Shown: in pieces, positions 18,649 through 27,184 of the stretch
How positions within the stretch are numbered: position 1 is the stretch's first letter
Layout of the letters: each line of letters begins with the position of its first letter
Assembly (NCBI GenBank): GCA_904374795.1
Contig: CAJFEV010000002.1
Span: 1-47,072, forward strand
Direction of reading: 5' to 3'
Origin: an uncultured Bacilli bacterium
GTDB taxonomy: Bacteria > Bacillota_I > Bacilli_A > RF39 > UBA660
DNA: 47,072 nt
Notes under the pieces: generated by a model
Database searches by the model: none
What the model was told of the DNA's origin: nothing
Seen by the model: only the letters and a program-made list of their open reading frames with translations
Program-made: the position numbers and the translations under genes

Positions 18649-19413
18649 ATGGGAAAAGTCGTAGATAAAACTAAAATCAATAATTGGGTAACCGGTGATA
18701 CATTTATTCAAAAGATAAAAAGCAATGAATTCTCTGAATATAACGGAAAATATTTGATTTATATACATGAAGAGGTTGAATGTTCATTAGCTGAAAAAAG
18801 GTCAAAATATTTTCGTGTTAAATTAACGCATACAAAGAAGTTACCTAGAACTAAGAAAGATATTGAAGATGCAGAATATGTAAAGATGCGTGCAGTTTTT
18901 CCTGATGCAGAGCAAAAAAATTTTTATAAAGATACCTACTTTGAATTTCCTAAAGCGGATGTTTATGGATTTATATATATATATTTATTTCGAATTATTT
19001 TTATACGAGGCAGTAAATTAAATGAATTCAAATATATTGGAAATTTTGACATTACTAAACCCACTGAAGAATATGTTCCATTTCCAAATTTGTTGCAAGA
19101 GCCAAATAGAATTTATAGATTTGCTATGGATAGTTGTTTGGAAAATTATAGAAATTATAATTTGAGGCAATTTTTTGGTTATACTAAAGAAGGTAATAAA
19201 GAACTACATTTTCGTGCATTGCATATGTTTGATATTATGAATCAAATAGGAAATTTAGTTTATGAAGAATCCGAAAGATGGAAAGGAAGAGAAAAGGAAT
19301 GGCTACTATCTATGGGAATAGATATTGAAAAGGAGAAAAAGAAAAGAAAAAAAGATACATTAACATATGTGGGTCCAGAAGAAGAAAAAAGCATCAAGAA
19401 AAAGAAATCCTGA
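18649..19413 (+). CDS. Putative immunity protein, paralogue P4
   Basis: Family motifs GDTF, DVYGFIY, YIGNF, YNLR, YTKEGN, MGIDI, DTLTYVGPEEEK; ATG at 18649 after GGTGA. Confidence 0.75.
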   Translation: MGKVVDKTKINNWVTGDTFIQKIKSNEFSEYNGKYLIYIHEEVECSLAEKRSKYFRVKLTHTKKLPRTKKDIEDAEYVKMRAVFPDAEQKNFYKDTYFEFPKADVYGFIYIYLFRIIFIRGSKLNEFKYIGNFDITKPTEEYVPFPNLLQEPNRIYRFAMDSCLENYRNYNLRQFFGYTKEGNKELHFRALHMFDIMNQIGNLVYEESERWKGREKEWLLSMGIDIEKEKKKRKKDTLTYVGPEEEKSIKKKKS

Positions 19414-19441
19414 TGTTTTTTCTTTAATTTTAAGATATAAT
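19382..19441 (+). repeat. Array junction element J6
   Basis: AAAAAAGCATCAAGA-AAAAGAAA-TCCTGATGTTTTTT then TTTAAGATATAAT. Confidence 0.85.
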
Positions 19442-19460
19442 GGCTTTAGGAAGTGCTTAA

Positions 19461-19646
19461 ATGAAAAAGAAAAGAAATTATTATAATTTAATTGTTTATG
19501 CATCAAGACTATTTATAATAAGTGGATTTATTTTTTTAATGTTATTTTCATTAGGAAACATGGAAATTGTATCTTGGCTAAAGAAATATGAAATATTACT
19601 ACTTATTATGTCTTTTGCTTGTGTTTTTGATTTTTTTCCGCAATAA
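19461..19646 (+). pseudogene. 3'-truncated duplicate of 15423-16166
   Basis: First ~54 codons near-identical to 15423ff, then abrupt loss of similarity and a stop. Confidence 0.85.
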
Positions 19647-19759
19647 AACTTTTGGAGATTATATTTTGAATACTCAAGTAAAAAAAGAGGAATTTTAACT
19701 TTTTTGCATAGTAATATGAGTTTAGGATTTGATGTGAATTTTAGAAGGTGAGTAGTAGA

Positions 19760-20059
19760 ATGTTTAAAATAGCTGGTAAAATTGCGATATTTTTGTTTGG
19801 AATTATGAGCTTTATGTGGTTTATTGATTATCAAATTGTTCAAGAGTACTATTACCCTAGAATTTCTAATAATGAAAAGTTAGTAAAAGAAATTGGAAAA
19901 ATTTCTAAAGTACATAAAAGTTTCTTTGAAGTCGAGGATGAAAACTATAATTTACGAGTTCAAGTTACTACAGAAGATAATTTAAAATATCTCATTCGAA
20001 TTAATGAAAAAGATAGTGAATATTTTGAAATTTTGGAGGAATACAATGAAAAAAATTAA
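19760..20059 (+). CDS. Small N-terminally anchored hypothetical protein
   Basis: One TM helix then soluble domain; ATG at 19760 after AGGTGA. Confidence 0.6.
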   Translation: MFKIAGKIAIFLFGIMSFMWFIDYQIVQEYYYPRISNNEKLVKEIGKISKVHKSFFEVEDENYNLRVQVTTEDNLKYLIRINEKDSEYFEILEEYNEKN

Positions 20060-20432
20060 ACGCATTTTAGCTGACTTTATCGATTTTTGGTTGTGTTTCA
20101 TTCCAGGATTTTTCCTTTCAATCCTTTTACAACCCAAACCTTATGTATATGCTGATATTATCAATATATTTTTTGCGATTTTTCCATTTGTTGTTTCTGC
20201 AACTTTGTGGGTCTATAAGGATACTATATTGAAAAATAGAAGTATTGGTAAAAAAATTATGGGATTATATATTTATGATTGTAATAATGAAATTTTACAA
20301 GATAAAAATATTTTAATACAACGAAATTTTTATATGTTGTGGCTTTGCCCTTTAAGTTGTTTTTTAATTGTGACATGCAATCAATCTGCCGGAGATCAAA
20401 AATATCATACTTTTGTATCTCCTCGTATTTAA
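20046..20432 (+). CDS. RDD-family membrane protein
   Basis: KRILADFIDF, RSIGKKIMGL, IQRN, QSAGD motifs; ATG at 20046 after GGAGGA. Confidence 0.8.
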   Translation: MKKIKRILADFIDFWLCFIPGFFLSILLQPKPYVYADIINIFFAIFPFVVSATLWVYKDTILKNRSIGKKIMGLYIYDCNNEILQDKNILIQRNFYMLWLCPLSCFLIVTCNQSAGDQKYHTFVSPRI

Positions 20433-20448
20433 GTACATAATTTATGTT

Positions 20449-20477
20449 ACATATGATTTGAGTTTTCTTCATATATT
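20449..20477 (+). promoter_or_regulatory. Candidate sigmaE-type promoter (leaderless transcript)
   Basis: ACATATG-N14-CATATATT, 5 nt before the ATG at 20483, which has no RBS. Confidence 0.35.
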
Positions 20478-20482
20478 CTATT

Positions 20483-21097
20483 ATGGAAAGATTGATTGCC
20501 CATAGAGGGTTAAAAGAACATGCGAAAGAAAATACTTTAGAAGCTTTTACTTTGGCTTTATCTAACGAGCATTATGCTGGTTTTGAATGCGACATAAGGA
20601 CTACTAAGGATGGCGTTTTTGTTGTTTGTCACAATCCGATGATTGGATTAGATATCATATCGAATACTTCCTATAAAGAATTAAAGAGAAAATATCATCT
20701 TCCTACTTTAGAACAAGTTTTAAAATTAGATTCTAATAAAATTTTTTTATTAGAAATTAAAGAAGCGAATATTGACCAAAAAAAATTTCAAACTATGATT
20801 CAAAAATATTCTTCAAAAAATATTTATGTCATGAGCTTTTTTAATAAAGTAATTCAAGAATTAAGTAGAACAAAGAAAAGGGAAAAATATGGTGTTTTAA
20901 ATTATGTTTTTAATAGTGAAGAATCTTATCAAGAATATGATTTTATTTGTTTATTAGAAAATATTATTAGTAAAAAAATGGAACTTTTTTTTGTAGAAAA
21001 ACATATAGAAACTTTTATTTATGGTATTCATCATCTTCAAAAAACAAGAAAAGAATATCCAAATTCTTATTTCATTACAGATGAAATTGTTCAATAA
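20483..21097 (+). CDS. Glycerophosphodiester phosphodiesterase family protein
   Basis: IAHRG...ENTLEAF, FECDIRTTKDGVFVVCH, LEIK. Confidence 0.9.
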   Translation: MERLIAHRGLKEHAKENTLEAFTLALSNEHYAGFECDIRTTKDGVFVVCHNPMIGLDIISNTSYKELKRKYHLPTLEQVLKLDSNKIFLLEIKEANIDQKKFQTMIQKYSSKNIYVMSFFNKVIQELSRTKKREKYGVLNYVFNSEESYQEYDFICLLENIISKKMELFFVEKHIETFIYGIHHLQKTRKEYPNSYFITDEIVQ

Positions 21098-21125
21098 AAA
21101 AAGAGAAAAATATTTCTCAGTTTTT

Positions 21126-21353
21126 TTATAAATGAATTTTTGGATATGGTTTTCTTTCATTTGTAAGACCTATTAAGTAATCAACACTTACATTATAATA
21201 TTTAGCTAAAACAGATAATTTATCGATAGGGATTGTGCGTATACCTCGTTCATATCTAGAATATTGGACTTGACTAATCTTTAATATTTTCGCGACATCT
21301 TTTTGCTGCAAATCTCTATCTTTTCTGATTTCCTTTAACCTATCAATATTCAT
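21126..21353 (-). CDS. XRE-family HTH transcriptional regulator
   Basis: RLKEIRKDRDLQQKDVAKILKISQVQYSRYERG...VSVDYLIG. Confidence 0.92.
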   Translation of the reverse strand: MNIDRLKEIRKDRDLQQKDVAKILKISQVQYSRYERGIRTIPIDKLSVLAKYYNVSVDYLIGLTNERKPYPKIHL

Positions 21354-21655
21354 AACACCACCGTATTCCTATTTTTTCATATAACCAAAAGGAGAACTTG
21401 ATTTTAATACCAGTTAGTTATATTTTATGTGAAAAAAGTTTTTGTGTAGCTTTTTTGGGGTGAAATTGTACTTTTTGGGCGTTACATGTATTCTTTTAAA
21501 ATTTTTACAAAGATGAGTGTAATTATGCAGTAGATTTTTAGAGTTATGCGGAATATGAGTGAAGATTATCTCAAAAAATATTTTTTCTTTTTTTGGATAT
21601 ATTGTATTTTTGTAGAATTATTGATATAATCAAAAAAGAATAGAGGGTATTAAAT

Positions 21656-23476
21656 ATGTTTGGAAGAATTATTTTTATTAGTGAAAGTGTTGCTCATTTA
21701 GAAAATACTTTAAAAAATAACGAAACTATGGATTTGATGAATATTCATGTTATTTTTGAAGCGCCAAATCAACGCATTTTAGGGGAGATTTCAGAAATTA
21801 ATCCGGATATTATAAAAATCCGCTTTTTAGGAGAATATATTGATGGTAGATATTTAAATGGTGTTATCAGAAAACCACTTTTATCTAGTAAAATTCGAGT
21901 GATTAATGAGAGTGAATTGCGAGAGTTGATTGGTTCTAAGACTACCAAATCTTTTGAACTTGGTCACAGTGCTATTTATAAAAATTATATTGTTTATCCT
22001 CAAATAAATGCTTTCTTTTCGAATCATTTCTTTATTTGTGGTAACTCTGGAGCAGGTAAGACGCATGGTATTTCTAGAATTATTCAAAATGTTTTTGCGG
22101 ATAAATCTGTAATCAATGAAAATGCCAACCTTTTTCTTTTTGATGCTTATGGTGAATATAAAAATGCGTTGCGTGGTATTTCCAAATATAATCCAAATTA
22201 TCAATATAAATTTATTACTTCTAATGTACATGAGGCAGATGATGTTCAATTAGAAATTCCAGTAAGTTTACTAAAGCTTGATGATATGGCTTTACTTTTA
22301 CAAGCTAGTAGTCATAGTCAACTACCTATTATTGAAAGAACTATTCGTTTAGCTAAAATTTTTAGTCAAAACAATGAAGAGAGTACAAGATATAAAAACC
22401 ATTTGATTGCTAAAGCACTACTTGCTATTTTGTTTAGTAATCAAACTACGGCTCATAAAAAGAATGAAATTTTTACGATTATTGAAGTTTGTCATACAGA
22501 AGATTTCAATTTCGATTCTCGGATAGCTGGACTCGGTTATTCTCGAAGTTTCTCTGAATGTTTTGAAATTGACTCGAATGGAAATTTTGGCGAATCTGTT
22601 TTAATTACAGATTATATTTTAAAACATGTAGATGATGCTTTAGAGGAAACGAAGGAACCTGAAATTTATTCTTATTCGATGTTAGATTTTTCTAAGGCTT
22701 TAGAGTTTACGTTGATTAGTGAAGGATTTCAAAACAACAGTAAAGTTTATGATGATGCCATTATGATTAAAGTGCGGTTATCGAGTATTTTAAATACAAA
22801 AGTAGGTACCTATTTTGTAAATAAAGGATATGTTACTTCTGAAGATTTCGTGAAAAATTTAGTTATGAAAAATGGTAAAAAAGCTCAAATTATTAATATT
22901 AATCTTGAAGATGTAGATGACGTTTATGCTAAAGTTATCGTAAAAATAATTTGTCGGTTACTTTTTGAATTTACTAAAGGACTTAAAGATCGTGCTTCTA
23001 TGCCTATTCATATGATTTTGGAAGAAGCTCATAGATATATTCAGAAAGATAATGATACGTTCTTGCTTGGCTATAATATTTTTGACCGAATTGCTAAAGA
23101 AGGAAGAAAGTATGGAGCGATACTTGGAATTATTTCGCAGCGACCTGTAGAAATTAGTGATACAGTTATTGCTCAGATATCAAATTTCTTAATCTTTAAG
23201 ATGACGCATCCAAAGGATTTAAAATATATTGAAGAAATGCTTCCGAATATTTCAAGTGATGTTATTGAAAAACAGAAAACGTTGCAACCTGGTAACTGTG
23301 TAGCCTTTGGTGGAGCTTTTAAAATTCCAATGATTGTTCGGATGGATATGCCAGATCCACCACCATATAGTTCTAACTGCGATGTAAGTGGCAGATGGGG
23401 TATACCTCAGAATTTACCTAATCAGACGACTGTACAGCCAGCAAATTCTTTACCTTCTCAAACTAGCTTAGGCTAG
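21656..23476 (+). CDS. HerA/FtsK-superfamily ATPase (DUF87-type)
   Basis: N-terminal HAS-barrel-like region, Walker A GNSGAGKT, FDAYGEY, Walker B MILEEAHRY, IAKEGRKYG...SQRP. Confidence 0.9.
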   Translation: MFGRIIFISESVAHLENTLKNNETMDLMNIHVIFEAPNQRILGEISEINPDIIKIRFLGEYIDGRYLNGVIRKPLLSSKIRVINESELRELIGSKTTKSFELGHSAIYKNYIVYPQINAFFSNHFFICGNSGAGKTHGISRIIQNVFADKSVINENANLFLFDAYGEYKNALRGISKYNPNYQYKFITSNVHEADDVQLEIPVSLLKLDDMALLLQASSHSQLPIIERTIRLAKIFSQNNEESTRYKNHLIAKALLAILFSNQTTAHKKNEIFTIIEVCHTEDFNFDSRIAGLGYSRSFSECFEIDSNGNFGESVLITDYILKHVDDALEETKEPEIYSYSMLDFSKALEFTLISEGFQNNSKVYDDAIMIKVRLSSILNTKVGTYFVNKGYVTSEDFVKNLVMKNGKKAQIININLEDVDDVYAKVIVKIICRLLFEFTKGLKDRASMPIHMILEEAHRYIQKDNDTFLLGYNIFDRIAKEGRKYGAILGIISQRPVEISDTVIAQISNFLIFKMTHPKDLKYIEEMLPNISSDVIEKQKTLQPGNCVAFGGAFKIPMIVRMDMPDPPPYSSNCDVSGRWGIPQNLPNQTTVQPANSLPSQTSLG

Positions 23477-23565
23477 TTTTTTTTATAATATTCAAAATTT
23501 ATTTCTTGACTAAATTTTTATCTTATGATAGTCTAAAACAATTCTGTGAAAAAGAGGAGATTTTT

Positions 23566-24066
23566 ATGATTTCAAAGAAAACGATTTTTGTTAATCAAAA
23601 AACTATTGAATGGGAAGTGGAAGATAATCCAAGTGTATTAGCAGCTGGTTACATTATTACTCCTAATGGTGAATTTTTAGCTATTAAAGATGTGGATGAT
23701 CATAGTAATATATATACATCCTATTTAAATGCATTGCTTAATAATAATAAGTATTATGATACGATAACTGGAAGTATAGAACTTATTGAAAATTATCATG
23801 TAGCCTATGCTGGTTTAAAACCACAAGATTTTCGAAATCCAGAAATTAAAAATCATGGTGGAATTTTGTTTTTACCAAAAGATATTTTAAAATGTGAACT
23901 ACGTAATTTACAATCTACACTTTTTTTACTTAAAACTAATCGCTCTTTATTTGGTGGGGAAAAGATTCCTGTGGAATGTCATTTTGGAATGGATCCTCAA
24001 CCATATTTTACTTCAGAAACTATTCAGATACTTGAAGAAAATATTCGTTTAAAAATGATGCGATAA
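23566..24066 (+). CDS. Hypothetical protein
   Basis: ATG at 23566 after GAGGAG; GYIITPNGEF...DDH motif. Confidence 0.65.
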   Translation: MISKKTIFVNQKTIEWEVEDNPSVLAAGYIITPNGEFLAIKDVDDHSNIYTSYLNALLNNNKYYDTITGSIELIENYHVAYAGLKPQDFRNPEIKNHGGILFLPKDILKCELRNLQSTLFLLKTNRSLFGGEKIPVECHFGMDPQPYFTSETIQILEENIRLKMMR

Positions 24067-24093
24067 AATTTTAGAATGTTAGTGTCAAATCTA

Positions 24094-24122
24094 TTGCACA
24101 TACTACAATTATTTGATACAAT
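24094..24122 (+). promoter_or_regulatory. sigmaA promoter of 6S RNA
   Basis: TTGCAC-N17-TACAAT with extended TG. Confidence 0.7.
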
Positions 24123-24128
24123 TGAATT

Positions 24129-24294
24129 ACCAAAGGTAAGTTAGTTTCATAAAACCGACTATGGTGATGATTGGGAATCAGAACTCTATATGGTGTTGAA
24201 AACTAATCCATTAAGTGAATTAGGCTCCTAAAGTATAGATGAGATGCCCCCCTCTCGAGTGAGCGGGATTTTATCACACTTGCTTACATTTGGT
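24129..24294 (+). ncRNA. ssrS: 6S RNA (SsrS/BsrA-like)
   Basis: ~166 nt; 5' ACCAAAGGTAAGTTAGTTTCATAAAACC pairs with 3' GGATTTTATCACACTTGCTTACATTTGGT to close a long rod; directly upstream of tcdA with rarA nearby, as for bsrA-yrvM-yrvN in B. subtilis. Confidence 0.8.
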
Positions 24295-24312
24295 TTTTTT
24301 TATGGAGTGAAG

Positions 24313-24975
24313 ATGATGAATGAGAGAATTTTAGATTTATTAGGAGAAGAGAAGTTAAAAAAAATTCAAAATTGTAATGTGTTGCTAATTGGTCTTGGCG
24401 GAGTAGGGGGATACGCATTTGAAGCTTTAGTTCGAAGTGGTTTTGAACATATTACTATTGTAGACTTTGATACTTTTGAAGAAAGTAATTTGAATCGACA
24501 AATCTATGCTCTTCAAAAAACTCTTGGAAAAAGTAAATGTGAAGTGGCTTCTTTTAGAGCCCATGAAATTAATCCGAATGTAACAGTTCATATTATAAAT
24601 GAACGACTTACTCAAGATAAAATCACGAGAGACTTTTTATCTTCTTTTGATTTTGTTATAGATGCATGTGATGATGTAATGGTAAAAATAGCTTTATTTG
24701 AACAGTGTTCTTTTAGTAAGAAAAAATTTATTTCTTGCATGGGTACTGCTAATCGCACTCATCCTGAATTCTTGGAAATTACCACTCTTGATAAAACGTA
24801 TAATGACCCATTGGCTAAAAAAATTCGAAATTCTTTTAAAAACAGCTCTATTTTAAAAGCTAAAGTAGTATGGAGTAGGGAAGTACCTGTTAAACAAAAA
24901 AAATTAGGAACTATTTGTTCTGTTCCTATGAGTGCTGGTAGCTTACTTGCTTCCTTTGTAATAAATAATCTTTAA
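24313..24975 (+). CDS. tcdA: tRNA threonylcarbamoyladenosine dehydratase (ThiF family)
   Basis: GLGGVGG, DFDTFEESNLNRQ, VIDACD, SCMG, DPLAKKIR, VVWSREVP; ATG at 24313 after GGAG. Confidence 0.88.
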   Translation: MMNERILDLLGEEKLKKIQNCNVLLIGLGGVGGYAFEALVRSGFEHITIVDFDTFEESNLNRQIYALQKTLGKSKCEVASFRAHEINPNVTVHIINERLTQDKITRDFLSSFDFVIDACDDVMVKIALFEQCSFSKKKFISCMGTANRTHPEFLEITTLDKTYNDPLAKKIRNSFKNSSILKAKVVWSREVPVKQKKLGTICSVPMSAGSLLASFVINNL

Positions 24976-24977
24976 TT

Positions 24978-25904
24978 CTATTTTTCATATACTCGTTTAT
25001 ATATATTATAAAGTAAAGGAAATTTTTCCTTCTTTTTTATTAAAGGGCTTATATTTTTTAATCCAATATATCCTTCAACAGTATTTTGCTTTAAAAATAA
25101 ATCTGCTTCTTTTTTTGTTTTAATTACTAATCGTCCATAAGAAAAATTTCTGGAACTCATAGTGGAGCCGGTTAAGAAAAAATCTCCTAAAGTTCCTGCA
25201 TAAATATTTTCGCTAGGATAATCTACTATATAGTATAAAATTTGAATATATTCTTTGTAACATTCTGTTAGATAAGAAAAAATTGTTGAGAGAAATGGAC
25301 TTTTTGCGTATGCCATTCCTGCTCCGATTGCATAGATGTTTTTTAAAACACTTCCAAGTTCTAGAGCTCTTTCTTCTTTTGTTCTTTCTAAATGAATTCT
25401 TTTTGGAACCATAGAAACAAATAGGTCAAAAACGCTTTTTTCTTTTGTTGCTACTGTTATAAATACTTCTGAACCTAAAATGAGATCTGATGCTAAGTTA
25501 GGGCCGGCAAAAAAGGCTGTTTTGTGGGTGTTTAAGGTGCTTTTGATATATTTGCTATAGAAGTATGGTTTGCTATCTAATAATCCCTTAGAACCTACGT
25601 AAATGGGTATAGAGGGCTTGTAATATTTTTTGAGTTTTAAAATTGTATCTTTTACATATGGACTTGCAACAAGTAGAAATATAGCTTTTGTATCTTTAAT
25701 TGCTTCTTCAATACTTGTTGTAACCGTAATATTTTTAGGTTTTTCCAGATTTTTTCCATCAAAACAAAGTTTATTTTCTTTAAGAGCTTTTTCTAAAAAA
25801 GTGTTGTCTGGTGTCCATATAACAATTTGCTGATTTTTGTTTTTTGAGAGTAAGCTAGCAATGGCGATGCTAAAAACACCGCTTCCAACACATGTTATTT
25901 TCAT
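24978..25904 (-). CDS. gpsA: NAD(P)H-dependent glycerol-3-phosphate dehydrogenase
   Basis: GSGVFS Rossmann motif, SKG, AGPNLA, LKNIYAIGAG, GDFFLT...SSRN, VEG. Confidence 0.85.
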   Translation of the reverse strand: MKITCVGSGVFSIAIASLLSKNKNQQIVIWTPDNTFLEKALKENKLCFDGKNLEKPKNITVTTSIEEAIKDTKAIFLLVASPYVKDTILKLKKYYKPSIPIYVGSKGLLDSKPYFYSKYIKSTLNTHKTAFFAGPNLASDLILGSEVFITVATKEKSVFDLFVSMVPKRIHLERTKEERALELGSVLKNIYAIGAGMAYAKSPFLSTIFSYLTECYKEYIQILYYIVDYPSENIYAGTLGDFFLTGSTMSSRNFSYGRLVIKTKKEADLFLKQNTVEGYIGLKNISPLIKKKEKFPLLYNIYKRVYEK

Positions 25905-27100
25905 TTTTCACCTCGCATTTCTTTCCATAATTTGTTTAAATTGTCTTCATATTTATTTTTTCTTGGATGATAATATTTTTTTCCTTGTAAGTTTTTAGGT
26001 AAATATTCTTGTTTTACGTAAGAATTTGGATAGTTATGTGGATATAAATAGGTTTTTGAAGTGGTTTTAATATGCTCTGGAACATTTCCTGTACTTCCTT
26101 TATGAATGTCGTTTAAAGCTTCATCTAAGGCAAGATGCGCACTATTGGATTTTGGAGATAAGGCCATTTCAGTAACCATTGTGCCTAAAGGAATTCTTGC
26201 TTCTGGGAGACCTACTAATTCACTTGCATGAATGGCTGCCATGACTTTGGGACCAATAGAAGGATTAGCGAGCCCAATGTCTTCGTAAGCAATTACACTC
26301 ATTCGTCTATAAATACTATCTAAATCTCCTGCTTCGATAAGTCTTGCTAAATAGTGTAGAGCAGCATCTACATCGCTACCACGAATAGATTTTTGAAATG
26401 CAGATAAAACATCGTAATGTCCGTCTTCATTTTTATCATGAAAAAATACAGGTTTTGCTTGAATATTTTTTAGAAGGTCTAGGGTGATTTTTTTATCCGA
26501 AGATGCATAGTAGGCAGTTTCTAATAAATTTAGAGCACTTCGTACATCGCCACTGGATACGGTTGCAATAAATTGTAAGCTTTCTTCATCTATTTTTATT
26601 TCAGGCAAATATTCTAAAGCTCTTTGAAGACCTAAAATAATGTCTTTTATAGATAATTCGTGGACCTCAAATATTTGTACTCGACTTCTGATTGCTGGAT
26701 TAATTTTATGGTAAGGATTTGATGTTGTAAGACCAATTACTAAAAGCAATCCAGATTCAATATGAGGAAGCAAAAGATCTTGTTTATCTTTGTTCATTCG
26801 ATGTATTTCATCAATGATTAGAATCATTTCTCCATACATTTTCGCTTCTTCTATGGCAATATCAAAGTCCTGTTTATTGTTAATTGTTGCATTTAAAAAC
26901 TTATAAGGCATTTTTATTTCATTTACTAAAGCATTGGCTATAGAAGTTTTTCCTGTTCCAGGTTTTCCATAAAAAATCATCGAACATAGATGATGGTTTT
27001 TTACTAAATTCGTTAAGATTTTTCCTTCGCCGATTAAGTGTTCTTGCCCTAATATATCTGAAAGTTTTTTCGGACGCATTTTATTTGCTAGATTTTCCAT
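25901..27100 (-). CDS. rarA: Replication-associated recombination protein A
   Basis: LANKMRP, GKPGTGKTS, IDEIHR, SAFQKSIRGSD, EDIGLANP, YLYPH. Confidence 0.95.
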   Translation of the reverse strand: MENLANKMRPKKLSDILGQEHLIGEGKILTNLVKNHHLCSMIFYGKPGTGKTSIANALVNEIKMPYKFLNATINNKQDFDIAIEEAKMYGEMILIIDEIHRMNKDKQDLLLPHIESGLLLVIGLTTSNPYHKINPAIRSRVQIFEVHELSIKDIILGLQRALEYLPEIKIDEESLQFIATVSSGDVRSALNLLETAYYASSDKKITLDLLKNIQAKPVFFHDKNEDGHYDVLSAFQKSIRGSDVDAALHYLARLIEAGDLDSIYRRMSVIAYEDIGLANPSIGPKVMAAIHASELVGLPEARIPLGTMVTEMALSPKSNSAHLALDEALNDIHKGSTGNVPEHIKTTSKTYLYPHNYPNSYVKQEYLPKNLQGKKYYHPRKNKYEDNLNKLWKEMRGEK

Positions 27101-27184
27101 TATTCTCCACCTTTATTCATTATAGCAAACAAACTATCGTTTGACAATCGAGGAAATATTTTCTATACTTAATTCGTGAGAATT

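Noticed and set aside
12775-19441. Junction repeats as a CRISPR array or classical integron attC sites
   Set aside because: Spacing is gene-sized and irregular, there are no cas genes, no RYYYAAC/GTTRRRY cores and no adjacent IntI
24244-24312. N-terminal extension of tcdA in the ORF track
   Set aside because: Overlaps the 6S RNA; the RBS supports a start at 24313
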